From contig CAXUHM010000010.1 in NCBI GenBank assembly GCA_964250935.1, positions 27,514 to 91,513 of the forward strand: a DNA stretch of 64,000 nt, given 5' to 3'. Position 1 is the first letter of the stretch. Each line of letters begins with the position of its first letter. This DNA comes from an uncultured Terriglobus sp. GTDB lineage: Bacteria; Acidobacteriota; Terriglobia; Terriglobales; Acidobacteriaceae. Below the pieces are notes generated by a model. It did no database searches, was not told where the DNA came from, and worked only from the letters and a program-made list of their open reading frames with translations. This document shows, piece by piece, positions 9,101 through 19,418 of this stretch. The position numbers were made by a program, and so were the translations under genes.

Positions 9101-12100
9101 ATGTTTCGCACCGGTACCGTTCTAGCGCTCGCACTGTCCACCTGCGTCGTCCTTCCTCCCTCATCCGCTTTCGCACAATCCGATAGCTCCTCCATCTCTG
9201 GCGTCGTCTCGGACGCCACAGGTGCGGCGGTTCCCAATGCCAAAATCACAGTGACGAACAATGCCACACGCGTCGTGAACACGATTAACAGCAACGAGAG
9301 CGGCACGTACACGATCCCCAATATCCCCTCGGGCGACTACACCGTCCACGTGGAAGCCCCGGGCTTTCAGGGGTACGACGTGAACAATGTGCACGTGGAT
9401 CCAAGCATCGGTCGCAAGGTCGATGCGCCGCTGAAAGTGGGTGAGACCACAGCCACGGTTGAGGTACAGTCCGACGTCAACACCGTGCAAACGGAGAGCG
9501 CAGTGGTGGGTCAACTGGTTACCCAGGAACAGGTGAAAAGCATCCAGTTGAACGGCCGAAACCCACTGTACCTGTCGCAACTGGAGCCGGGCGTTGTGCG
9601 GAATGCACCGATGGCATCCTTTGCCTTCGGTCTGGATAACGGCATCAACATTGGTGGAGCAAGATCACAGGAAAGCCTGATCACGCTGGACGGTGCACCT
9701 GCGGTACGCACACGATCCAACGGCACCAGCGTTGGCGTGGCAGACGTGGACTCAACCGGTCAGGTGCAGGTGCTGACCAACAGTTACCAGGCCGAGTATG
9801 GCCGCACCGATGGTGGACAGGTACGGATTGTGCCAAGGAGCGGCACACGCGACCTGCACGGTTCGGCGTATGAGTTCCTACGGAACAGCTTCTTCAATGC
9901 GAACACATGGCAACGCAAGCTGCCGACCAACACCACGCGGGTACGGTCGCGGCCGCCGGGCTTTAACTTTAACCAGTTCGGCTATAACTTCAATGGACCT
10001 GTCGCGTTTCCCGGTTTCAATCGGAATCGCAATCACCTCTTCTTCCTGTTCGGTCAGGAGTACGTGCGCTACAACAACGAAGACACGGTGTTCCGCAGAG
10101 TTCCAACAACGCGCATGCGCCAGGGTGACTTTGGTGAATTGTTACAGCCAAACATCTTTTACAACAGTAACCAAACGGTTTATAACCCGAACACGCGTGT
10201 AGCGTACGCAAACAACGTGATTACTCCGACCGACCTGAGCGCTAACGGTATCGCCCTGCTTACTGCGTTTCCGACCCCAAATGCGAGTGGCAGTAACTTC
10301 AACTGGGTAGATGCCTCAGAAGAGCGGCAGACACAGCGCAAAGACACTTACGTGATCGACTACATTCCGGCAGAATCACACCGGCTGCGTTTTACCGTGC
10401 TGAACTATAACTACACGGATTATTCGCCGCATTACGGTAACTTCAATCGCAACCCTCGCATCTTTCTGCGGCCCAACCAGATTGGCGTCATCCATTACAC
10501 GTGGGATGCGACGCCATCGCTTGTCAATGAGGTGATCGTGTCGGGCGCAACAGATCACGTCACCATCAATATTGATACTTCGAGCGGTTTGTATAACCGC
10601 ACAAACTACGGCATCCAGTACCCGTACCTTTTTTCTGCCAGCACCAAGACACTCCCAAACAAAATTCCTACCGTGCAACTAACCAACTTCGATCTGCTGG
10701 ATGGCGGCCCATACCCGTCGCGCTCTGGCGGCATCGTCTACAACGCCGCCGATAACGTCACCAAGGTGCTTGGCAATCACACGGTCAAGGCTGGCTTTAA
10801 TTTCGAATATGCGGGCGAAAATAATTTCGACCAGATCACGGTATCGAACACGCCCGGATCAACCAACAACCAGAACGGCAAGTTCGTCTTCAGTGATTCG
10901 CGCGGTCTTGCCAGCACAAGTTCGGTAGGCACAAGCGGCGTCTCCGTGGCAAATGCCGCGCTTGGTCTGTTTGATACCTACGGCGAGATTGGTCAACGAT
11001 CGTACACGTTGTATCGCAGCACCATGTACGAGGGTTTCGCACAAGACTCCTGGAGAGCGACGCCGAAACTGGTGATTGAAGCTGGCCTTCGGTACAGCTG
11101 GTACAACCCCTACTATGCAAAGTGGGGTAACCAGTCGGTTTTTAATGCTGGCAGGTACGACCCGAGTATTGCGGCGACGGTCAATCCATTGACAGATGTG
11201 GTCACCGGGAGCCAGCAAAGCCTCTTCAACGGAGTGGTGATTCCTGGCAGCAGTTTTCCATCCAGTGCAAATGGACATGTGGCCGCAGGCATCCTCGCAA
11301 ATGGGTACTCCTTCCTGTTCCGCGGGTTCAGCAACACTTATTCTCCAACCATCAAAACGGACATTCAGCCAAGGCTTGGATTTACGTACGAGGTGCGGCC
11401 GGGTTTTGTGATGCGCGCGGGTGGCGGACGATATACCCAACGTCTCGGCATTACGGATAACGTCTTTACCGGTGGCAATGCGCCATTCCAGCCGTCGTCG
11501 ACGGTAAGTCTGGGCAGGGTCGACACACCGGGTGGTGTCGGTCAGAACAACTTTCCGCTGAACTATTCGTCGCAGGCATTCAACTATCCAAGCCCGAACG
11601 CATATAACTGGAATGGTACGGTGGAGCAGGAATTCCGCGGGTTAGGCGTGCTGACGGTTGCATACGCCGGACGACGTGGCGTGCACCTGGAAGAGTTGCT
11701 GAATGTGAACCAGTTGCAACCCGGAACACTGCAGGCAAACCCGGGTGTGGTGCAGGATTACCTCCGTCCCTACAAGGGCTATTCCAACATCAACCAGGCG
11801 ACGAATGGTGGAGGCTCGTTTTACAACGCACTCCAGGTGAATCTGCGGCGACGCTTGCAGAAAGGGCTCCTGTTCGGCGTCGCGTACACGTGGTCGAAGA
11901 GTACGGATTTCGGTTCCAGCAACGGCACCATCCTGCCAAACACGTTTGACAAGAACATTTACTACGGTCCCAGCGATTTCGACCGCCGTCACGTGTTTGT
12001 TGCCAACCTCGTCTACAACGTTGACCAGTTCTCACGGTCGAGCAACAGCTTCGCACGAACGGTGCTTGGTCGGTGGCAGGTGTCCAGTACGCTGCAGGGG

Positions 12101-12598
12101 CAAACGGGCGCACCACTGAATGTTTCAACCTCGACCGACTTTGCGGGTGTCGGGCCGGGGTCGGGCAACCAGTTAGTGCCTTTAACCAAGCCACTGCAGA
12201 CGTTCAAGTCCTTTGCAGGCCAGACCGGAACGGCAACATGGTTTGATACCACCGCCTACCCCTCGCGAGTCAATGCGGCGGGGCAGGTCGTGCGGGACGC
12301 GACAACCCTGACCACACAGTATGCGGGGCGATTCGCACCCAGGGGCAACCGCAACGCGATCTGGGGGCCCGGCTTTCAAAGCTACAATGCCGCCTTGAAC
12401 AAGACGATCCCGATCATTCCTGGCCACGAGAGTCAGACCATCATCTTTCGTGCAGAGGCCTTCAACATCGCGAACCATCCAACCCCGGATAATCCAGACA
12501 CGGGCTATACTTCCGGGACCTTTGGTCGCAGTACGACCAAAGGTCAGACCTACGGTGCAGACCGGCAGTTTCAATTCAGTTTGCGATACGCGTTCTAG
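9101..12598 (+). CDS. TonB-dependent receptor with carboxypeptidase-regulatory-like N-terminal domain
   Basis: 1165 aa with a signal peptide. It shows SGVVSDATGAAVPNAKITVTN...GTYTIPNIPSGDYTVHVEAPGF, plug-like LNGRNPLYL and ITLDGAP, and the C-terminal FRAEAFNIANHP...QFQFSLRYAF. Confidence 0.9.
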   Translation: MFRTGTVLALALSTCVVLPPSSAFAQSDSSSISGVVSDATGAAVPNAKITVTNNATRVVNTINSNESGTYTIPNIPSGDYTVHVEAPGFQGYDVNNVHVDPSIGRKVDAPLKVGETTATVEVQSDVNTVQTESAVVGQLVTQEQVKSIQLNGRNPLYLSQLEPGVVRNAPMASFAFGLDNGINIGGARSQESLITLDGAPAVRTRSNGTSVGVADVDSTGQVQVLTNSYQAEYGRTDGGQVRIVPRSGTRDLHGSAYEFLRNSFFNANTWQRKLPTNTTRVRSRPPGFNFNQFGYNFNGPVAFPGFNRNRNHLFFLFGQEYVRYNNEDTVFRRVPTTRMRQGDFGELLQPNIFYNSNQTVYNPNTRVAYANNVITPTDLSANGIALLTAFPTPNASGSNFNWVDASEERQTQRKDTYVIDYIPAESHRLRFTVLNYNYTDYSPHYGNFNRNPRIFLRPNQIGVIHYTWDATPSLVNEVIVSGATDHVTINIDTSSGLYNRTNYGIQYPYLFSASTKTLPNKIPTVQLTNFDLLDGGPYPSRSGGIVYNAADNVTKVLGNHTVKAGFNFEYAGENNFDQITVSNTPGSTNNQNGKFVFSDSRGLASTSSVGTSGVSVANAALGLFDTYGEIGQRSYTLYRSTMYEGFAQDSWRATPKLVIEAGLRYSWYNPYYAKWGNQSVFNAGRYDPSIAATVNPLTDVVTGSQQSLFNGVVIPGSSFPSSANGHVAAGILANGYSFLFRGFSNTYSPTIKTDIQPRLGFTYEVRPGFVMRAGGGRYTQRLGITDNVFTGGNAPFQPSSTVSLGRVDTPGGVGQNNFPLNYSSQAFNYPSPNAYNWNGTVEQEFRGLGVLTVAYAGRRGVHLEELLNVNQLQPGTLQANPGVVQDYLRPYKGYSNINQATNGGGSFYNALQVNLRRRLQKGLLFGVAYTWSKSTDFGSSNGTILPNTFDKNIYYGPSDFDRRHVFVANLVYNVDQFSRSSNSFARTVLGRWQVSSTLQGQTGAPLNVSTSTDFAGVGPGSGNQLVPLTKPLQTFKSFAGQTGTATWFDTTAYPSRVNAAGQVVRDATTLTTQYAGRFAPRGNRNAIWGPGFQSYNAALNKTIPIIPGHESQTIIFRAEAFNIANHPTPDNPDTGYTSGTFGRSTTKGQTYGADRQFQFSLRYAF

Positions 12599-12620
12599 CA
12601 AAGACATCGGCCCGCATTCG

Positions 12621-12660
12621 GAAGGCCCGCTCCACTTCGAGCGGGCTCTTCGCACCTTTT
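12621..12660 (+). terminator. stem-loop followed by a T-rich tract after the TBDR gene
   Basis: GCCCGCTC (12625-12632), loop CACTTC, GAGCGGGC (12639-12646), then TCTTCGCACCTTTTCT. Confidence 0.5.
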
Positions 12661-12695
12661 CTGCACTACTGACAGAGTCTGGAGACCACCGCACG

Positions 12696-15600
12696 ATGCA
12701 TTCCCGCTTGTTCGCCCTTAAGCTCCAACGAAGGACTCTGGCCTTGGCTTCCCTGACGCTGTCCTTGGCCAGCGTCGCACAGACTTCAAAGGCACCCGAC
12801 ATCACAAAGACGCCGACGCTGTATGTCGTGCCCTACGCGCATCTGGATACGCAGTGGAGGTGGGAGTTTCCGCAAGTCATCAGCGAGTACCTGCTGAAGA
12901 CCATGCGCGTGAACTTTGAATACATCGATAAGTACCCGCACTATGTCTTCAACTGGACAGGTTCGAATCGATACCGATTGATGAAGGAGTACTTTCCCGA
13001 CGACTATGCACGCATGAAAGGCTATGTGGCGGCGGGCCGCTGGTATCCTGCAGGCTCTTCCGTGGAAGAAGGCGATGTGAACCTTCCGTCTGCGGAGGGG
13101 ATCTTCCGCCAGGTCCTGTACGGCAACACTTACTTTCGCCACGATTTTGGCAGGGCGAGTGATGAGTACATGATCCCCGACTGCTTCGGCTTTCCGGCCT
13201 CGCTCCCCAGCATCCTGCACCATGCCGGAGTCAAAGGCTTCTCCACGCAAAAGCTGAATGCAGAGTGGCAGCCGGCGCCCAAGGTCGGCGGCCCGGACTC
13301 GCCGGAAAAGACGCCCGAGGGCATCCCGTTCAATGTCGGGCGATGGATCGGTCCGGATGGCTCCTATGTCATCGCGGCACTCAACCCCGGCACGTACGGT
13401 GGCAACACGTACACCGACCTGAGCCGCGTCAACCAGCCAGTCGCAGCGCCAAAGCTGCCGCAGGCAGACCTGGCAACCCTGACTCCGCAGCAGTTGCGCA
13501 TCTACAATCGGCTGAGCCAGCGCGAGCGCCAGGAACCGAATTGGGTGGAGCGTATCGATCTGGACGGCAAGGTCTCCGGCATCTACGCGGACTATCACTA
13601 TGTTGGTACCGGCGACATTGGTGGCGCAACGCAGGAGTCTACCATCAAGCTGCTGGAAGCAATTGTGACGAAGAGCAGCACCGTGCTCCCTTCGCCGCCG
13701 CTGCCAGATTTCATGCGCGCCGCTGAACCACCTCCAGGTCAGCCGGTGCGCGTGGGTGAGGGTCCGGTCACGATCATCGAAGCGACGGCAGACCAACTCT
13801 TCCGCGACATTCCACCGGGCGACACCGAACGCATGCCGACGGTGCAGGGAGACCTGGAGCTGATCAATCACTCCGCAGGGTCGCTCACCTCACAGGCGTA
13901 CCACAAGCGGTGGGTGCTGATGAATGAGCGCCTGGCAGATGCGGCAGAGAAGGCGTCTGTGGCGGCAGCATGGATGGGCAGCCAGCCCTACCCCCAACAG
14001 AGACTCACACAGGCGTGGACACTTGCGCTGGGCGGCCATTTCCACGACACTGCCGCAGGTACCGCAACGCCGCTCGCCTATGAGTACGCGTGGAACGATG
14101 ATGTGCTCACGGCCAATCAGTTCGCCGGCGTCTTTACCAGCGCAACGCAATCCGTCGCTGCCGCGCTGGATACGACGGGTTCCGGTATCCCGATCGTGCT
14201 CTATAACAATCTAAATATCGATCGTGAAGACACGGTCACCATCCCGCTACCTGCCTCGCTCGCGAACGCAAAGAGCCTGTCGGTAAGGGGACCCAACGGT
14301 GAGATCGCACCGGCGCAGTTAAGCGACGGTGCAGCATTGTTTGTTGCGCGCGTTCCGTCCATCGGGTATGCGGTCTATCACCTGAGTGCAGGCACAAAAG
14401 AGCAGGCGAACCGCGAGCTAAAGATCACGAGTAACTCGCTCGAAAATGCGCGTTACCGTGTCCAGGTGAACGCGGCCGGCGATGTCAGCAGCATCTTCGA
14501 TAAGCAGCTTGGCTCGGAGCTTCTGTCTGCCCCTATCCAGCTACAACTCACCCTGGATCGGCCAAAGCAATGGCCGGCGTGGAACATGGACTTTGACCAG
14601 GTGGAGGCAAAGCCTCGCGCGGTGGTGGGCGGGCCCGCACAGATCCGCATCAAGGAATCCGGCCCGGTGCGTGTTGCGCTGGAAATTTCCCGACAGAGCG
14701 AAGGTTCCACGTACGTGCAAACGGTGAGCCTGGCCGCGGGGAACGCCGGCAATCGTGTTGAGTTTGCCAACAGTATCGACTGGCATGGCCTTGAAGAAAA
14801 CCTGAAGGTGGCGTTCCCGCTAAAAGCCAAGAATCCCAATGCAACGTACAACGAAGATGTTGGCGTGGTCACGCGCCCCAACGCGATGGAGCGGCAATTT
14901 GAGGTCGTCTCGCATAAGTGGATCGACCTGACGGATGCGACGGGCGCTTTTGGTGCAACGATTCTGACCAACGACAAGAACGCGTCCGACAAGCCCGGAG
15001 ACAACACCGTGCGGGTAACGCTGCTGCGCACGCCAGGCATCCAGCGGAACGGCGCTACCACCGCCAGCTATACCGATGAGGCTAATCAGGACTGGGGACA
15101 CCACGAGATTCGTTACGGCATCACGGGTCACCGTGGGGACTGGCGCGCTGCCAATACGGACTGGGAGGGATACCGCCTTAACGATCCCATCCGCGCATTT
15201 TTGACCACCTCTCACGCCGGCAAACTTGGCACGCAGATGTCCCTGCTACGCGTGGACAACCCGCGCGTTCGCGTCTTTGCCCTGAAGAAGTCAGAAATTT
15301 CTGATGAACTGATTGTTCGCCTGGTAGAGCTGGACGGCAAGCCAGCAAACGACGTGCACGTCATGCTCGCCGGACCGGTCACTGCGGCGCGCGAAGTCAA
15401 CGCGCAGGAACTGCCGATCGAAGGCAGCCCGAAGGTCACGTTGACGGGCGGCACACTCACCACATCGCTGAAAGGCTACGAGCCAAAGACGTTCGCTTTT
15501 ACGCTGGGCAGCGCGCCCGCGTCGGTGCCCGCCATCGCATCGCAGCCGGCCATGCTCCCGTATGACGCCGCAATCGCAACCAACGACGACATGACAACAC

Positions 15601-16298
15601 CCGCAGGAGGCTTCGACGGCAAGGGCGACGCGTACCCGGCGGAGATGCTGCCGGACCAGCTCAGCTATGCCGGTGTGCAGTTCACGCTGGGCAAGGCCGC
15701 GACGGGTTCCGCCAATGCCGTCACCGCAAACGGACAGACGGTCCCGCTTCCATCAGGCACCTACGATCGCGTGTATGTCCTTGCGGCAAGCCGCAACGGC
15801 GACCAGCCTGCAAGCTTTACGGTCGGCAAAGCTGCGACCAACGTTACTGTCCAGAACTGGGGAGGATATCTCGGCCAGTGGGACACGCGGATGTGGAAGA
15901 GCACAGCACCGGCGGTGGACTGGGCGAGCTCTGCGCACCACCAGCCGTGGCCTCCCACGGACCTTCGTGCGGCGGAGCGGTCGGAACCATCGCCACGGTA
16001 TCCGGAGGACTACACCGGCCTGCGGGAGGGCTTCATCAAGCCAGCCGCGGTGGCGTGGTTCGCCTCGCATCATCACACCGCCACGGGCCTGAACCAGCCT
16101 TACGCGTACAGCTATGTGTTTGCGTATGCATTGGATTTGCCGGCCGGTGCAAACACGCTGACACTGCCAAAGAATCCGGACATTCGCATCCTTGCGGTGT
16201 CCGTGGCAAAGGTGGGCCCGATCGTAACGCCAGCGACGCCCCTCTTCGATGTGCTGCGGCATACTTCCCAGCCGACTGAGATCACGCGCAACCAGTAA
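12696..16298 (+). CDS. glycoside hydrolase family 38 alpha-mannosidase (secreted)
   Basis: It shows YVVPYAHLDTQWRW, YVFNWTGSNRY, GRWYPAGSSVEEGDVNLPSAEG and MIPDCFGFPASLP, which are GH38 catalytic-domain motifs. I prefer the start MHSRLFALKLQRRTLALASLTLSLASVAQ (ATG 12696). The track ORF from 12450 overlaps the TBDR gene. Confidence 0.85.
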   Translation: MHSRLFALKLQRRTLALASLTLSLASVAQTSKAPDITKTPTLYVVPYAHLDTQWRWEFPQVISEYLLKTMRVNFEYIDKYPHYVFNWTGSNRYRLMKEYFPDDYARMKGYVAAGRWYPAGSSVEEGDVNLPSAEGIFRQVLYGNTYFRHDFGRASDEYMIPDCFGFPASLPSILHHAGVKGFSTQKLNAEWQPAPKVGGPDSPEKTPEGIPFNVGRWIGPDGSYVIAALNPGTYGGNTYTDLSRVNQPVAAPKLPQADLATLTPQQLRIYNRLSQRERQEPNWVERIDLDGKVSGIYADYHYVGTGDIGGATQESTIKLLEAIVTKSSTVLPSPPLPDFMRAAEPPPGQPVRVGEGPVTIIEATADQLFRDIPPGDTERMPTVQGDLELINHSAGSLTSQAYHKRWVLMNERLADAAEKASVAAAWMGSQPYPQQRLTQAWTLALGGHFHDTAAGTATPLAYEYAWNDDVLTANQFAGVFTSATQSVAAALDTTGSGIPIVLYNNLNIDREDTVTIPLPASLANAKSLSVRGPNGEIAPAQLSDGAALFVARVPSIGYAVYHLSAGTKEQANRELKITSNSLENARYRVQVNAAGDVSSIFDKQLGSELLSAPIQLQLTLDRPKQWPAWNMDFDQVEAKPRAVVGGPAQIRIKESGPVRVALEISRQSEGSTYVQTVSLAAGNAGNRVEFANSIDWHGLEENLKVAFPLKAKNPNATYNEDVGVVTRPNAMERQFEVVSHKWIDLTDATGAFGATILTNDKNASDKPGDNTVRVTLLRTPGIQRNGATTASYTDEANQDWGHHEIRYGITGHRGDWRAANTDWEGYRLNDPIRAFLTTSHAGKLGTQMSLLRVDNPRVRVFALKKSEISDELIVRLVELDGKPANDVHVMLAGPVTAAREVNAQELPIEGSPKVTLTGGTLTTSLKGYEPKTFAFTLGSAPASVPAIASQPAMLPYDAAIATNDDMTTPAGGFDGKGDAYPAEMLPDQLSYAGVQFTLGKAATGSANAVTANGQTVPLPSGTYDRVYVLAASRNGDQPASFTVGKAATNVTVQNWGGYLGQWDTRMWKSTAPAVDWASSAHHQPWPPTDLRAAERSEPSPRYPEDYTGLREGFIKPAAVAWFASHHHTATGLNQPYAYSYVFAYALDLPAGANTLTLPKNPDIRILAVSVAKVGPIVTPATPLFDVLRHTSQPTEITRNQ

Positions 16299-16452
16299 CG
16301 GATTCGTAGAGGAGCTGACCTCCGCCAACTCGAAACGTGCAAGCAGGTTGCGCTTGCATAGAGCTTCCATGGAAGGACTCACGATCGTTCTGCTGTGGTG
16401 CTAGTCCGGGCAGATTCCGTTCCTGGCAAAGGACGGAGCTGCGTTAGAGGAG

Positions 16453-17400
16453 GTGACGATGTGTTCGTTGTACCCGCGAGTCCTCGCGTTCTTTCTAAGC
16501 ATCTTTTTGCTTCCGGCAACGGCACAAACCCTTAACCCGGTCCAAGCGCCGCCGCCGCCACTGGGAGTGCTCGTCGATGTGGGCGGGTATCGTGTTCACC
16601 TTTACTGCACGGGTACAGGCAGCCCAACGGTTGTCATCGTGGGGGCTGGTCCGTCTTTCAGTTGGGGATTAGTGCAGCCTGAGGTCGCACAGGTCACCCG
16701 TGTTTGCTCCTACGATCACTCGGGTACTACCTGGAGCGACGACGGCCCACCCGACTCCTGTTCTCTTCGCGTACAGGAGTTGCACACGGCGCTGCGGATG
16801 TCAGGGATCACTGGACCACTCGTGCTGGTCGGCCACTCCGTAGGAGCTTTCGTTGCACGCCTCTACTTCGAACGCTACCCAGCGGACACCGTGGGCATCG
16901 TCCTGGTGGATCATGCATTCAGCATCACCCATCAAACTCTGGCAGGATCGCCCTTGAAGCCCCCTGCCGCTTCACAGCTGACTGTTCCCGTGCCAACTCC
17001 ACGCGGGATCGAGAGTGATCCGAACTTCAACCGGCTTTCCGCTCACGATCAGGAGCTGCAGTTGTGGGCGATGGCCCAACCGCGTTATCCCCGGGCGCTC
17101 CGGACCAGCGCTGCACTCACTCCTGGGTGCAATGCGGACCTGCAGAAGCTTGAGAAAGGCAGGGAGTACCCGCTTGGCGACAAGCCCCTGGTTGATGTAG
17201 ACCGGAGTATGGGCGCCATTGCAGACTATCGCGTCCTTCAATCTCAACTCCTGTCTTTGTCCCGCAACAGCAGGGAAGTCATCGCCGACGATAGTGGTCA
17301 CTTTGTAATGCTCGACAGACCCGACCTTGTAATCCAGGCCATCCTCCAGGTCCTTCAGTCGGCCAGGACTGGCCAAAGACTTAGTCAGGGTGTCCGGTAG
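16453..17400 (+). CDS. alpha/beta hydrolase (secreted)
   Basis: Signal peptide, then GSPTVVIVGAGPS and the nucleophile elbow LVGHSVGAF. Confidence 0.8.
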   Translation: MTMCSLYPRVLAFFLSIFLLPATAQTLNPVQAPPPPLGVLVDVGGYRVHLYCTGTGSPTVVIVGAGPSFSWGLVQPEVAQVTRVCSYDHSGTTWSDDGPPDSCSLRVQELHTALRMSGITGPLVLVGHSVGAFVARLYFERYPADTVGIVLVDHAFSITHQTLAGSPLKPPAASQLTVPVPTPRGIESDPNFNRLSAHDQELQLWAMAQPRYPRALRTSAALTPGCNADLQKLEKGREYPLGDKPLVDVDRSMGAIADYRVLQSQLLSLSRNSREVIADDSGHFVMLDRPDLVIQAILQVLQSARTGQRLSQGVR

Positions 17401-17529
17401 AAGACGGGTCGCTTCGATACCGATTGTGGAACTCTCTCCTGCGCAGCTTCCACCAGTACTTACAAGTCGCGCTGTCGTCGGTAGTGGCTGGGTGCCGCTT
17501 GTGGTCGGCTTTCTAAAGCGACCCTGCTA

Positions 17530-18090
17530 TCACTTACTGCCGGCATTGCCGATCCACATCTGCAGGCCGAATCTGAGGCTGGCTGATTCCTGGTCCGCTT
17601 GAAGAACGCCGGCTGCCCGCAGCACCGCAAGCCCGTGCAGGTACGCCCAAAGTGCATGGGAAGCTTCGCAGGCGCGTTTTTCACCATAGACCCGAACCAC
17701 CTGCGACAGGAAGAAATCCGTATTCCTTGAGCATTGTGGAGTGTTCGACGGATCCCCGGAAGCTTTCAGATAGAGCGTAAAGACACGGGGCCGCTCAAAT
17801 GCGAAGCGAAGGTATGCCGCAGAGATGGCCCGGATCGTCTCGGCGGGACCTTTGCGGCCCGCGGCTTTTTGCATTGCTTCCAGCATTTGCCGACGAGCTT
17901 CTTCCGACAACGCTGCCTGCAGGGCTGCCAGGCTTTCAAAGTAGCGATAGAGCGCGTTGGGCGCCAGGCCGAGCTTCGCTGCGACCGAGCGAATGGCGAG
18001 GTGTTCGACACCGTCGCGTTCCACCTGCTCCAGGGCAGCGCTCAGGATCGTTGCTTGATCGGTTTTTGCAGGATACGCCACCAGACACAC
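17530..18090 (-). CDS. TetR/AcrR family transcriptional regulator
   Basis: HTH LAIRSVAAKLGLAPNALYRYFESLAAL. Divergent from the SDR gene. Confidence 0.85.
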   Translation of the reverse strand: MCLVAYPAKTDQATILSAALEQVERDGVEHLAIRSVAAKLGLAPNALYRYFESLAALQAALSEEARRQMLEAMQKAAGRKGPAETIRAISAAYLRFAFERPRVFTLYLKASGDPSNTPQCSRNTDFFLSQVVRVYGEKRACEASHALWAYLHGLAVLRAAGVLQADQESASLRFGLQMWIGNAGSK

Positions 18091-18200
18091 TGTACATCTT
18101 GACCCATCTCACGTGACGAGTTACGGTATACGGGATGGTAATGGACACCGTACACCTTGTACAGCATGGCTGACGACCAACACCATCGCGAGGAGGAACC

Positions 18201-18926
18201 ATGGCAAAGGTCGTTCTGATTACGGGAGCGAACAAGGGCATCGGCTTTGAGGTGGCCCGGCAGTTGGGGCGTGCCGGCTTTACGGTGCTGCTGGGAGCAC
18301 GCGACGTGACACGCGGCGAAGATGCGGCCAACAGACTGCGCGGCGAGGGTCTCGACATCCGGTTCGTTGCTGCGGACCTGAATTGTGCTGCGGAAAGCGG
18401 TGCCGCGCTCGCCAGGCAAATCGGCGACGAGTTTGGACACCTCGACGTGCTGGTAAACAATGCAGCCATCTTCGAGAAAGAAGATGGGCACGCCAGCGAT
18501 GTCCACATCGACACGTTGAGACGCACCTTTGAGACAAACTTTTTCGGTACAGTGGCGTTAACACAACAACTTCTTCCACTGCTACGCGCAGCCGCAAGCG
18601 CACAGATCGTCAACGTCTCCAGCGGGCTCGGCTCCATCGCGATCAACGGCGATCCAAGTTCGCAGTACTACGATGCAAAGGTGTTGGCCTATAGCGCCTC
18701 CAAAGCCGCTCTCAATATGTTCACGGTGGACCTCGCCTATGATCTACGCGAGACCAGCGTCAGGGTCAATTCTGTATGTCCCGGATACACCGCCACCGAC
18801 CTGAACAACCATAGCGGGCCGCAAACGATTGAGGAAGGCGCAATCGCAATTGTGCGTCTCGCGCAGATGTCGAGCGACGCACCAACGGCGAGCTTTATTC
18901 ACAAGGACGGCAGCTACCCCTGGTAG
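18201..18926 (+). CDS. SDR family oxidoreductase
   Basis: It shows VVLITGANKGIGFEVARQL, NNAAI and YSASKAALN, i.e. the classical TGxxxGIG / NNAG / YxxxK pattern. Confidence 0.9.
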   Translation: MAKVVLITGANKGIGFEVARQLGRAGFTVLLGARDVTRGEDAANRLRGEGLDIRFVAADLNCAAESGAALARQIGDEFGHLDVLVNNAAIFEKEDGHASDVHIDTLRRTFETNFFGTVALTQQLLPLLRAAASAQIVNVSSGLGSIAINGDPSSQYYDAKVLAYSASKAALNMFTVDLAYDLRETSVRVNSVCPGYTATDLNNHSGPQTIEEGAIAIVRLAQMSSDAPTASFIHKDGSYPW

Positions 18927-18945
18927 CCCAGCCTTTCCTGAGCTT

Positions 18946-18977
18946 GAGCCTGCTTGCGCCAGAACGCGAGCAGGCTC
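18946..18977 (+). terminator. 13-bp GC-rich hairpin after the SDR gene (no U-tract)
   Basis: GAGCCTGCTTGCG, loop CCAGAA, CGCGAGCAGGCTC, with one G-T pair. It begins 20 nt after the stop codon. Confidence 0.35.
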
Positions 18978-19418
18978 GTTCACATGCACTGGCCTGCCGC
19001 ACCGTGTTGCCCCAGCAAGCGGTATGACCATGGTCGAAGCCGAACCGAACAAGCTCCTGAGGTGGAAATCTGACTGGCCTCGTTCGCGTTGACCAGGGAG
19101 CTCGGGTACGAAGGGGAATCCTCGTCCTAGCAAGGTGCCGAGAACTATCCGACGAAGCCTTTTCGATCTGCATCAGGTCGCACGGGTTCATGATCAACCG
19201 CGCCAGGCTTGAATCATGGATCCAACGTCAACGACGAAGCTGCGTCTAAAGACAGGGCTCCGAATCAGCAACATCAGGCATCATGAAAGCCACGCTCGTC
19301 CACCCCGTACGGGCATGGACAGAGCGCGAGCAAGTAATCGATGCATGAATTTTAAAAGTGGTGCGGAGCGCGTGATCGGTGCTGTATCGTTCGGTAACGC
19401 TGTCACGGGAGGCTTCTC

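Noticed and set aside
12450-12695. N-terminal 82 codons of the 1282-aa GH38 ORF, overlapping the TBDR gene
   Set aside because: This part overlaps the TBDR 3' end and a terminator-like hairpin. A signal-peptide-bearing start (MHSRLFALKL...) exists at 12696.
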